Below, piece after piece: positions 1 to 8,543 of a stretch of 64,000 nt of DNA. The position numbers were made by a program, and so were the translations under genes. The DNA comes from an uncultured Acidobacteriota bacterium (GTDB lineage Bacteria > Acidobacteriota > Thermoanaerobaculia > Multivoradales > UBA5704), in contig OY969474.1 of NCBI GenBank assembly GCA_963700145.1, positions 1,280,001-1,344,000 of the forward strand, written 5' to 3'. A model generated the notes under the pieces. It was not told where the DNA came from, did no database searches, and saw only the letters and a program-made list of their open reading frames with translations. Numbering within the stretch: position 1 is the first letter of the stretch; every line of letters starts with the position of its first letter.

Positions 1-57
1 CGCGGGAGGATAGCAGGAGGAGGGGGCGCGCCGGAAGTCAAGCCCGGGCCAAGGCCG

Positions 58-858
58 CTACCCGAGCATGGCCGGGCGCTCGGCCGCGGGCGCCGCGGCG
101 TCCGCCGCCAGCTCGAAGTCGACGACCACCGGCAGGTGGTCGCTGGCGACGCGCGAGACGTAGAGGCGGCAGCGGTGGGCGGCGGCGAGCTGGAGGCCGC
201 CCCGGTAGTAGACCCGGTCGAGCCCGCCGCGCGGCGAGAAGGCCGGGTAGGTCGCGATCGGCGATTGCTGGCCGCTGCGCAGGTCGGTGGCGCAGCGGAA
301 GCCGAGCCCGTCGGTGAAGACCGCGCGCAGCTGCGAGCGCCAGTCGTTGAAGTCGCCGCCCACGAGACACGGCCCGTCGAGCGCCATGTCGGCGAACTCC
401 GAGGAGCGCACCAGCAGCTCCACCTGCGCCGCCCGCTCCCAGGCCGAGAGACCGAGGTGGAGGTTGAAGACCTCGAGCGGCGGCCCGTCGGGGAGCGGCA
501 GCAGCGTCGTGTGCTGGCTGCCGCGCCGCTTGCGGTTGCCGATCGTCAGGTCGATGTTGCGCTCGCGCAGGATCGGGAAGCGGGAGAGGGTGGCGTTGCC
601 GTAGCGCCCCCCTTTGCGCAGGGTGACGTTGTGGCCGACCGCCACGTGCGGGTAGTCGAGCGCGCGGGCGAGGCCGCGCCCGAGGTCGAGCTCGCGCGAG
701 CGCGGCGCCCCCTCGTCCACCTCCTGGAGGAGGACGACGTCGCCGGCGTGGTGGCGGAGGATCTCGACGATCCGATCGGGGCGGAAGCGGCGGTCGACGC
801 CGATCGCGCGATGGATGTTGTAGGTGACGACGCGGAGGCGCACGGCGAGGGCTCTCAC
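58..858 (-). CDS. Endonuclease/exonuclease/phosphatase (EEP) family protein
   Basis: Motifs TYNIH, LLQEVD, YGNATLSRFP, GGDFND, LDRVYY, ASDHLPV; exact start uncertain. Confidence 0.9.
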   Translation of the reverse strand: MRALAVRLRVVTYNIHRAIGVDRRFRPDRIVEILRHHAGDVVLLQEVDEGAPRSRELDLGRGLARALDYPHVAVGHNVTLRKGGRYGNATLSRFPILRERNIDLTIGNRKRRGSQHTTLLPLPDGPPLEVFNLHLGLSAWERAAQVELLVRSSEFADMALDGPCLVGGDFNDWRSQLRAVFTDGLGFRCATDLRSGQQSPIATYPAFSPRGGLDRVYYRGGLQLAAAHRCRLYVSRVASDHLPVVVDFELAADAAAPAAERPAMLG

Positions 859-908
859 CCCGCGCTGCCGGCCAGGCCGGGCCGCCGGGGGGCATCTATA
901 GTAGCCGG

Positions 909-1457
909 ATGGCGCGCGTCTTTACTGCCGGCCACTCCACGCGGACGGCCGCCGAGCTGCTCGAGATCCTCACCGAGGCCGGGGTCGAGCTCCTGGTCGA
1001 CGTCCGCCGCTTCCCCGGCTCGCGCCGGCACCCGCAGTTCGGGCAGGAGGCGTTGGCCGCGAGCTTGGCGGAGGCCGGCATCGACTATCGCCACGAGCCC
1101 GACCTCGGCGGCCGCCGGGCGCCCCGCCCAGGCTCCCCCCACACCGCCTGGCGCGTCGCCGCCTTCCGCGGCTACGCCGACCACATGGAGACGCCGGAGT
1201 TCGCCGCCGCCCTGGCGCGCCTGGAGGGAGCCGCCGCGGAGCGGCCGACCGTCATCCTCTGCGCCGAGGCGCTCCCCCAACGCTGCCACCGGCGGCTGAT
1301 CGCCGACGCCCTCGTCGCCCGCGGCCACGAGGTCGTCCACCTCCTCGCCCCCGGCCGCGCCGAGCCGCACGCCCTCCATCCCGACGCGCGCGTGCTGGCG
1401 GACGGGCGGCTCCTCTACGCCGCCGGCGAGCCGGCCGGGCTCTTCGCAGCCCTGTAG
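909..1457 (+). CDS. DUF488 family protein
   Basis: FTAGHSTR, LVDVRRFPGSRRHPQF, LGGRR, CAEALPQRCHRRLIAD. Confidence 0.9.
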   Translation: MARVFTAGHSTRTAAELLEILTEAGVELLVDVRRFPGSRRHPQFGQEALAASLAEAGIDYRHEPDLGGRRAPRPGSPHTAWRVAAFRGYADHMETPEFAAALARLEGAAAERPTVILCAEALPQRCHRRLIADALVARGHEVVHLLAPGRAEPHALHPDARVLADGRLLYAAGEPAGLFAAL

Positions 1458-1486
1458 CGCCCCTCGCCTGTGGTAGAAGAGACGGC

Positions 1487-3085
1487 GTGCCCCCCGCGCT
1501 GAAGCTGGTGCCCCGCGGCGCCGCCGTGCTGACGGGCGAGGTGTGCCCGGCCGAGACGCCGATCCACCTCGGCCGCGACACCGCTTGCGAGGTGGTCATC
1601 CCCGACCCCGCAGTGTCGCGCCGCCACGCCCGGCTGCGCTGGCAGGGCGCAGAGCTGCTGCTCGAGGACCTCGGCTCGACCGGCGGCACCTTCTGCAACG
1701 GCGCGCGGATCGAGCGCTCGGCCCTGCGGGCGGGGGACGTGGTGCGCTTCGGCCGCCACGTCGAGTACGTCGTCGAGCCGGTCGTCGGCACCTCGACGCT
1801 GCTGGACGCAACGCGGCAGGCGGGCGGCGGCGGCGAGGGGGTGCGCCACCTCCAGCTCCTGCTGGAGGTCGCCCGCACGCTCAACACCGCGACCGTCCTC
1901 GACGAGGTGCTCGACCTCGTGCTCGGGGCGGCGGCGCGGCTGATGCGCGCCGAGCGCGTCTTCCTGAGCCTGCGGGAGGGCAGCGAGACGAGCCTCCTCC
2001 GCTACCCGCGCAGCGCCGAGGCGCCGTCGCCCCCCGAGGTCGCGCTGCTCGAGCGGGCCCTGGCAAAGCGCATCACGGCGGTCGAGGAGCTGACCGCCCT
2101 CTCCTCGGCCGACACCACGCTCGGCCCGGCGGCCGAGGCCGCCGCCACCCCGCTCCTCGTCGCCCACCGCACCGTGGGGCCGCCGCAGGACGCCTCCTTC
2201 GTCGGCCGCGTCGAGGCGATCGGCGTGCTCCTCGTCGCGCGCTCGCTCTCGCGCGGTGGCTTCACGGCCGACGAGCTCGCCGTCTTGGAGTCGCTCGCCG
2301 CCGACGCCGCGATGGCGATCGACGGCGCCCGCCTCTACCGCGAGGCGCGGGAGAAAGCCAAGATCGACCATGAGATGACGCTGGCGCGGTCGATCCAGAC
2401 CGCCCTGCTGCGGCAACCCCCCGCGGTCCCCTTCGCCGAGGTCTTCGCCATCAGCCAGCCGGCGCGCAGCGTCGGCGGCGACCTCTACCACGGCGCGCTG
2501 CTTCCCGGCGGCGGTCTCGCCCTGGCGGTGGGCGACATCTCGGGCAAGGGGGTCTCGGCGGCGCTGCTGATGGCCCTCCTCCAGGGGCTCCTCGAGCTCC
2601 TCCACGACCTCGGCCGGCCGCTCGCCGAGGTGCTGCCGGCGCTCGACCGCACGCTCCACCGCTACAACCCGGGGAACCGCTTCTGCACGCTGGCCGCCGC
2701 CCACCTCGCGCCGGATGGCGCGGTCGAGCTGGCCAACGCCGGCCACTGCCCGATGGCGCTGCTGCGGCGCGACGGCGGCCTCGAGCGGGTCGCCGCGCAC
2801 GGGCCGATCCTCGGCCTCCTCCCCGCCGCGAGCTGGGTCACCGAGCGCCTGGCGCTGGCGCCCGGCGACACGCTCGTCCTCTACAGCGACGGCATCCCGG
2901 AGTCGGCGGCGCCGGACGGCCGGGAGCTGGGCGACGCGGGGGTGGACGCCTGCCTCGGCCGGCTCGCCGGCGCGGCGCCGCAGGCCATCGCCGACGCCCT
3001 CCTCCAGACCGCCGCCGACCACCGCCGCGGCCGCGAGGCCGAGGACGACGTGACCCTGCTGGTCGCCCGCTACACCGGCGCCTGA
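1487..3085 (+). CDS. FHA-GAF-SpoIIE (PP2C-type) serine phosphatase
   Basis: FHA motifs LGRD, VSRRHA, DLGSTGGTFCNG; PP2C motifs VGGDLY, GDISGKG, NAGH, YSDGIPE, EDDVTLL. Confidence 0.9.
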   Translation: MPPALKLVPRGAAVLTGEVCPAETPIHLGRDTACEVVIPDPAVSRRHARLRWQGAELLLEDLGSTGGTFCNGARIERSALRAGDVVRFGRHVEYVVEPVVGTSTLLDATRQAGGGGEGVRHLQLLLEVARTLNTATVLDEVLDLVLGAAARLMRAERVFLSLREGSETSLLRYPRSAEAPSPPEVALLERALAKRITAVEELTALSSADTTLGPAAEAAATPLLVAHRTVGPPQDASFVGRVEAIGVLLVARSLSRGGFTADELAVLESLAADAAMAIDGARLYREAREKAKIDHEMTLARSIQTALLRQPPAVPFAEVFAISQPARSVGGDLYHGALLPGGGLALAVGDISGKGVSAALLMALLQGLLELLHDLGRPLAEVLPALDRTLHRYNPGNRFCTLAAAHLAPDGAVELANAGHCPMALLRRDGGLERVAAHGPILGLLPAASWVTERLALAPGDTLVLYSDGIPESAAPDGRELGDAGVDACLGRLAGAAPQAIADALLQTAADHRRGREAEDDVTLLVARYTGA

Positions 3086-3091
3086 GCGGGT

Positions 3092-3118
3092 TGTCGATTT
3101 CCCCGACCCTCGTTCGAC
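3092..3118 (+). promoter_or_regulatory. ECF42-type promoter (TGTCGA-N17-CGAC)
   Basis: TGTCGA at 3092-3097 and CGAC at 3115-3118, upstream of a DGPF/YciI gene; matches the described ECF42 consensus; cognate-type sigma factor at 6515. Confidence 0.7.
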
Positions 3119-3186
3119 GTCAGAGTAGAGCCGGGGATCACGAGCCCCGGCTCCCAACCCGAAAACCGGAAGGGAGAGAGACGACG

Positions 3187-3609
3187 ATGCGAGTCATGGT
3201 ACTGGTCAAAGCGGACAAGAGCTCCGAGGCGGGCGTCATGCCGGACGAGAAGCTCCTCACCGACATGACGAAGTTCAACGAGGACCTGGCGAAGGCGGGC
3301 GTGATGCTCGCCGGCGAAGGGCTCCATCCCAGCTCGAAGGGCGCGCGCGTGCGCTTTTCGGGCGGCAAGAAGACCGTCATCGACGGCCCCTTCGCCGAGG
3401 CCAAGGAGCTGGTCGCCGGCTTCTGGCTCTGGCAGGTGAAGTCGCTGGACGAGGCGATCGAGTGGCTCAAGCGCGCTCCGTTCGAGGGCACCGAGGTCGA
3501 GATCCGGCCGGTCTTCGAGGCGGCGGAATTCGGCGAGGCCCTCTCGCCGGAGCTGCGGGAGAGGGAGGAACGGATCGCCGCGCAAGCGGCCGAGAACGCC
3601 AAGCGGTAA
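3187..3609 (+). CDS. YciI/DGPF family protein
   Basis: AGEGLHPSSKGARVRF, VIDGPFAEAKELVAGFW; ATG at 3187 after a purine-rich RBS. Confidence 0.92.
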   Translation: MRVMVLVKADKSSEAGVMPDEKLLTDMTKFNEDLAKAGVMLAGEGLHPSSKGARVRFSGGKKTVIDGPFAEAKELVAGFWLWQVKSLDEAIEWLKRAPFEGTEVEIRPVFEAAEFGEALSPELREREERIAAQAAENAKR

Positions 3610-3619
3610 CGGCCGGAAC

Positions 3620-3661
3620 CCGGCGCACGATCGGCGCGGTGTCGCGTCGATCGTGCGCCGG
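3620..3661. terminator. Hairpin between convergent genes (possible bidirectional terminator)
   Basis: ccggcgcacgatcggcgcg-gtgt-cgcgtcgatcgtgcgccgg inverted repeat; no clear U-tract. Confidence 0.5.
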
Positions 3662-3674
3662 TCGGTTGTTCCAG

Positions 3675-4823
3675 CTACGGCACCGGAGTCGCTGAGAACG
3701 CCGGCCGCGCGCCGGTGTCCGGATCGAAGGCCCTCCCCGTGATCACCCCGCGGTCGTTGATGTCCTGGGCGGTGGTCAGGACGTCGCCGTAGCCGGGCGC
3801 GACGAGCGTGTTGAGGTCCGTCATGACGCCGTCCTCCCAGAGGAAGGCGCGGCAGGCGCCGGCGGCGTCGCACGACACGCCGACCACCTGGCCCCGGGCG
3901 TTGATGCCGTGGGCTTCGCTGTAGACGTCGCCCGGCAGCGTGCCGACTTTGCGGATGCCGCCGCGCCGCGTCCAGAGGAACGCGCGCAGCTGCGGGTCGT
4001 CCGGATCGTCGTCGGGCTGGCTGGCGAAGCCGACGACGTCGCCGCGCTGGTTGATGGCCATCGGCGTGTTCCAGGTCGCGCCGCCGAGGTTGCCGATGTC
4101 GGTCACCCTGCCTTTTTCCCAGAGCACGGCGTGCGCGGCGGTGTGGCGCCCGACCGCCTGGTCGCAGGCGCCCGAGATGCCGACGACCTGGCCGCGGTCG
4201 TTGATCGCGGTGGCGGCGGTGGAGGTGTCGCCGGGGAGCGGCGGCAACTCGCGGATTTGGTCGCCGGGCCCCCAGACGACGGCGCGGAACTGGAGGACCT
4301 GCGGCGGCACGCAGGTCGGGTCGTGCACGGTGTTCTCCGCCCACCCGACCACCTGCCCTCGGTTGTTGGCGCCGGTGGCGAAGCCGTTGTTGCCCCCGAG
4401 CGTCGGCAGCGCCCGCATCACGCCGTCTTCCCAGACGAACCCGAGACAGGTGAAGCCAGTCGCGGTCGCCGGCGGGAAGAAGGCCGCGCAGCTCCAGTTC
4501 TCCCCGAGCGGCTCGGGCGTGGAGGCCTGCGCGATGCCGACGAGCACGCCGTTGTTGTTCTTGACCGGCCAGGCGACGCTGCTGTTGGGGCCGCCGAGGG
4601 TGCCAAGGTCGAAGGCGGTGCCGTCCAGCCAGAGCGTGGCGTGCCGGGTCTGGTCCCCCGCCAGGTTCGAATAGCCGGCGATCCAGCCCCGGTTGTTGAC
4701 GCTGTTCCCGCGGCTCACCGTGCCGCCGAGCGAGGGGAGATTGGTGACGCGGTACTCCGCGCCCAGGGCGGCGGCGGGCAGCAACGCCGCGAGGACCAGG
4801 GATCGTGCGATGAGCGTCTTCAT
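3675..4823 (-). CDS. Secreted HAF-repeat (extracellular repeat) protein
   Basis: Signal peptide MKTLIARSLVLAALL after AAGGAGG; repeated LGTLGG, INDRGQVVG, (H/R)AFLW units. Confidence 0.88.
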   Translation of the reverse strand: MKTLIARSLVLAALLPAAALGAEYRVTNLPSLGGTVSRGNSVNNRGWIAGYSNLAGDQTRHATLWLDGTAFDLGTLGGPNSSVAWPVKNNNGVLVGIAQASTPEPLGENWSCAAFFPPATATGFTCLGFVWEDGVMRALPTLGGNNGFATGANNRGQVVGWAENTVHDPTCVPPQVLQFRAVVWGPGDQIRELPPLPGDTSTAATAINDRGQVVGISGACDQAVGRHTAAHAVLWEKGRVTDIGNLGGATWNTPMAINQRGDVVGFASQPDDDPDDPQLRAFLWTRRGGIRKVGTLPGDVYSEAHGINARGQVVGVSCDAAGACRAFLWEDGVMTDLNTLVAPGYGDVLTTAQDINDRGVITGRAFDPDTGARPAFSATPVP

Positions 4824-4990
4824 GATTGCCTCCTTCGGGCCGACCGGGCACTCTGCGACAGCGCGAGCGCCCGCCGGAGACGGTAGGGCCGCGCCCGCCC
4901 GCTTGCTCGCCGCTTTCGGACGCTGAATCGGCGGAATTCGGCGTCCGAATCCGGCGCGTCGAGGTCGCCGGGCTGGTGTAGGTTCGTGAG

Positions 4991-6505
4991 GTGATCGAGC
5001 CGGCCGGCCCTCCCCCATCGCTCCCCGCCGACGTCTGCCAGCGCGCGCTCGACGCGCGCGACGCGCGCTTCGACGGCCTCTTCTTCGTCGGCATCGTCAC
5101 CACCCGGATCTACTGCCGGCCGACCTGCCCGTCGCGGCGCGCCGACCCCGACCACCGGCGCTTCTTCGACTCCGCCGCCGCCGCCGAGGGCGCGGGGTTT
5201 CGCCCCTGCCTGCGCTGCCGCCCGGAGCTGGCGCCGGGGCGGGCGCTGATCGACGCGGTGTCGCGCCTCGCCGACACGGCCGCGCACCGCATCGCCGCCG
5301 GCGCGCTGAACGGCCGCCGGGTGGCGGACCTGGCCGCCGAGCTGGGAGTGAGCGAGCGCCACCTGCGGCGGGCCTTGCAGCGCGAGATCGGCGTCTCGCC
5401 GGTCGAGCTGGCGCAGACCCACCGCCTGCTGCTCGCCAAGCGCCTCCTCGCCGACACCGCCCTCTCGGTGACCGACGTCGCCTTCGCCAGCGGCTTCGAG
5501 AGCCTGCGCCGCTTCAACGTCACCTTCCGCGAGCGTTACGGGATGAGCCCCAGCGCCCTGCGGCGGCCGGCGCCGGCGCGCCCGGCGGCGACGTCAAGGC
5601 CGGCGGGCGATCTCCTGCGCCTGACGCTCGCCTACCGGCCGCCGCTGGCCTGGGACGCGCTCGCCGCCTTCCTGGGGCGCGAGGCGACGCCGGGGGTCGA
5701 GGTCGTGGAGGGCCGGCGCTACGGCCGCACGGTGCGGCTCGGCGGGCGGAGCGGTGTCGTCTTCGCCGAGGACTCGCCGGCGGAAGCCCAGGTGAAGATC
5801 GACATCTCGCCGTCGCTCCTGCCCGTGCTGATGCCCCTGCTGGCGCGGCTGCGGCAGCTCTTCGACCTCGACGCCCAGCCCGCGGTGGTGGACGCGCACC
5901 TCGAGCGCGGCGGGCTCGCCGCACTCGTCCGCCGGCGGCGCGGCGTGCGCCTCCCCGGCGCGCTCGACGGCTTCGAGGTCGGCCTGCGCGCGCTGCTCCG
6001 CGGCGCGGCGTCGTCGGGCGCTGCGACGCGCGCGCTCGCCGGCCGTGTCGCGGCGGCCCTGGGGGAGCCGCTCGACACCGGGGTCCCGGCCCTCAACCTG
6101 CTGGCGCCGAGCGCGGAGCGCGTGGCCGAGGCGGGAGCGTCGGGGCTGATGGCGATCGGCGTGTCGCGGCGGCGCGCCGACGGCATCCTGGCTTTCGCGC
6201 GGGCGGTCGCCGAGGGCGGGCTGCGGCTGGATCCCGGGAGCGACGTCGCCGAGACGCACCGCGCGCTGATGGCGATCGCCGGCATCGACGACCGGCTGGC
6301 GACGACGATCGTGATGCGCGCGCTGTACTGGCCGGACGCGTTCCCCGCCTCGGACCGCGCCCTCCAACACGCGGCGGGGGCCGCGAGCCCCGGGGTCCTG
6401 CGCGCCCGGGCGCGAAAGTGGCGCCCCTGGCGGGCGTACGCGGCCCAGCACCTCTGGCTGGGCCGCGCACCGCGGCCTTGCCGCGACGGATCGCCGATGA
6501 TGTGA
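4991..6505 (+). CDS. alkA: Ada Zn-binding/AraC HTH fused to AlkA DNA-3-methyladenine glycosylase
   Basis: RDARFDG, YCRPTCP, GFRPCLRCRPE, AraC motif VAFASGFESLRRFN, AlkA motifs PDAFPASD and WRPWRAYAAQHLW. Confidence 0.92.
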   Translation: MIEPAGPPPSLPADVCQRALDARDARFDGLFFVGIVTTRIYCRPTCPSRRADPDHRRFFDSAAAAEGAGFRPCLRCRPELAPGRALIDAVSRLADTAAHRIAAGALNGRRVADLAAELGVSERHLRRALQREIGVSPVELAQTHRLLLAKRLLADTALSVTDVAFASGFESLRRFNVTFRERYGMSPSALRRPAPARPAATSRPAGDLLRLTLAYRPPLAWDALAAFLGREATPGVEVVEGRRYGRTVRLGGRSGVVFAEDSPAEAQVKIDISPSLLPVLMPLLARLRQLFDLDAQPAVVDAHLERGGLAALVRRRRGVRLPGALDGFEVGLRALLRGAASSGAATRALAGRVAAALGEPLDTGVPALNLLAPSAERVAEAGASGLMAIGVSRRRADGILAFARAVAEGGLRLDPGSDVAETHRALMAIAGIDDRLATTIVMRALYWPDAFPASDRALQHAAGAASPGVLRARARKWRPWRAYAAQHLWLGRAPRPCRDGSPMM

Positions 6506-6514
6506 TCGGCCGCC

Positions 6515-7792
6515 GTGACGGCGACCGACATCCGGCGCACCATCGACGCAGTCTGGAGGATCGAGTCGGCCCGGCTGATCGCCGGGCTGGCGCGGATCGT
6601 CCGCGACGTCGGCCTCGCCGAGGACCTGGCGCAGGACGCGCTCGTCGCGGCGCTCGAGCGGTGGCCCGAGGCGGGCGTCCCGGACAAGCCGGGCGCCTGG
6701 CTCATGGCCGCCGCCAAGCACCGGGCGATCGACCAGCTGCGCCGGCGGGCGCTGCTCGAGCGCAAGCACGACGAGCTGGGGCGCGAGCTGGAGGCCCAGC
6801 GGGAGGAGGAGGCGCCGGACCTCGACGCCGCGCTCGACGACCCGGTCGGCGACGACCTCCTGCGCCTAGTCTTCATCTGCTGCCACCCGGTCCTGGCGAC
6901 CGAGGCGCGCGTGGCCCTCACCCTGCGCCTCCTCGGCGGCCTGACCACCGAGGAGATCGCGCGCGCCTTCCTCACGCCGGTGCCGACCGTCGCCCAGCGC
7001 ATCGTGCGCGCCAAGCGCACCCTCGCCGAAGCGGGCGTGCCGTTCGAGGTGCCGCGCGGCGGCGAGCTGGCTGCCCGTCTCGCGTCGGTCCTGGAGGTCG
7101 TCTACCTGATCTTCAACGAGGGCTACGCGGCGACCGCCGGCGACGACTGGATGCGCCCGGCGCTGTGCGAGGACGCGCTCCGCTTGGGCCGCATCCTGGC
7201 CGAGCTGGCGCCGCGGGAGCCGGAGGTCCACGGCCTGGTCGCGCTGATGGAGATCCAGGCGTCGCGCGCGCCCGCCCGGGTGGGCCCCGCGGGCGAGCCG
7301 ATCCTGCTCCTCGACCAGGACCGCGGGCGTTGGGACTACGTCCTCATCGGGCGCGGCCTGGCGGCCCTCGAGCGCGCCGAGCGGCTCGGCGGCGCCGGCG
7401 GCCCATACGCGCTGCAGGCCGCGATCGCCGCCTGCCACGCGCGGGCGCGGACGCCGGAGGAGACCGACTGGCGGCGCATCGCGGCGCTCTACGAGGCCCT
7501 CGCCAGGCTCGCGCCCTCCCCCGTCGTCGAGCTGAACCGGGCGGTGGCGGTGGGGATGGCGTCCGGTCCGGCGGCGGGCCTGGCGCTGGTCGATGCGCTG
7601 ACCGCGGAGCCGGCGCTCGCCGGCTACCCGTTCCTGCCCAGCGTGCGCGGCGACCTCCTCGCCAAGATCGGCCGCCACGCCGAGGCGCAGGTGGACTTCG
7701 AGCGCGCGGCGTCGCTCACCGCCAACGCCCGCGTGCGGGCGCTGCTTCTCAAGCGCGCCGCCGCCTGCGCGGGGGAGGCCCAGTCGCCTTAG
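6515..7792 (+). CDS. ECF sigma-70 factor with C-terminal TPR extension (ECF42/DUF6596 type)
   Basis: LAEDLAQDAL, DDLLRLVFICCHPVL, VYLIFNEGY, YALQAAIAACH, PSPVVELNRAVA. Confidence 0.92.
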   Translation: MTATDIRRTIDAVWRIESARLIAGLARIVRDVGLAEDLAQDALVAALERWPEAGVPDKPGAWLMAAAKHRAIDQLRRRALLERKHDELGRELEAQREEEAPDLDAALDDPVGDDLLRLVFICCHPVLATEARVALTLRLLGGLTTEEIARAFLTPVPTVAQRIVRAKRTLAEAGVPFEVPRGGELAARLASVLEVVYLIFNEGYAATAGDDWMRPALCEDALRLGRILAELAPREPEVHGLVALMEIQASRAPARVGPAGEPILLLDQDRGRWDYVLIGRGLAALERAERLGGAGGPYALQAAIAACHARARTPEETDWRRIAALYEALARLAPSPVVELNRAVAVGMASGPAAGLALVDALTAEPALAGYPFLPSVRGDLLAKIGRHAEAQVDFERAASLTANARVRALLLKRAAACAGEAQSP

Positions 7793-7925
7793 TTTCGGAC
7801 CGCCATGGCGGACGACCTCGATCACCGTCTCCATGAGGCCATTGCGAAAGGCGCAAGGAGACCAGCAGGGCTCGCCGGCCTCCCGAGCCCTCCCCTACCT
7901 CAGGCCAGCTGCTAGCGCCAGAGCG

Positions 7926-8186
7926 TTAGCACCGGCTGATGCCGCAGGTCACCGGCGGAATGCCCCAGCGGGTCTTGCAACAGGCCTTCCACCGGCCGAA
8001 ATTCGGTATGTTGAAGCACTTGTTACCGAAGAACGGCAGCGTGAAACACTTCCGCCCGCCGCCGACCTGCACGCATGGGGTGCACAGACTTAGCTGGGGC
8101 GCCACACCGGGCTCGCTCCAGGCGGCCGCCCCCGCGAAGGAGCTCATCGACCGGTCCGCGGGCTGAGATTGCGTTGGCATGCGCAT
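7926..8186 (-). CDS. Putative RiPP precursor A (86 aa): 31-aa leader ending GVAPQ plus a 55-aa cationic core with 8 Cys
   Basis: AAGGAG RBS 9 nt before ATG; co-oriented downstream of a PatA-type protease; N-terminus MRMPTQSQPA shared with the neighbouring small ORF. Confidence 0.75.
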   Translation of the reverse strand: MRMPTQSQPADRSMSSFAGAAAWSEPGVAPQLSLCTPCVQVGGGRKCFTLPFFGNKCFNIPNFGRWKACCKTRWGIPPVTCGISRC

Positions 8187-8273
8187 GACTGTGTTCTCCT
8201 TCCTCGTGTGAGGTAGTCCTTTTGGCGCTCGGATTACCGCAGCCGCGATGGGCCTGCGGCCGGTCGCGCCGCG

Positions 8274-8477
8274 TCACTCTCCCGACTCGTCGTACTCTCC
8301 CGACTCGTCGTACTCTCCCGACTCGTCGTACTCTCCCGACTGGCCCCCTTCTTCGCCGTCGTCGTGCTCGTCCTCCGCGCCGTGCGGGAGGACGCCGACC
8401 TGATCGGGGTTCAGGCCGCGCCATGGGCGACGACGGGCGTCGCGGGCCGCTGGCTCCGACTGGGTTGGCGGACGCAT
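8274..8477 (-). CDS. Putative RiPP precursor B (67 aa): leader ending GVLPH plus a polyacidic (SGEYDE)3 core
   Basis: GAAAGGAG RBS 8 nt before ATG at 8477; N-terminus MRPPTQSEPA is 8/10 identical to precursor A. Confidence 0.7.
   Translation of the reverse strand: MRPPTQSEPAARDARRRPWRGLNPDQVGVLPHGAEDEHDDGEEGGQSGEYDESGEYDESGEYDESGE
8277..8341. repeat. 18-bp perfect tandem repeat, about 3.6 copies, coding for SGEYDE
   Basis: ctctcccgactcgtcgta x3 plus a partial copy. Confidence 0.95.
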
Positions 8478-8543
8478 CGTGCCTTCTCCTTTCGGGGTTA
8501 ACCCCGTCCGCACGCCGGGCGGGGCGGAATCAACAACATCGGC

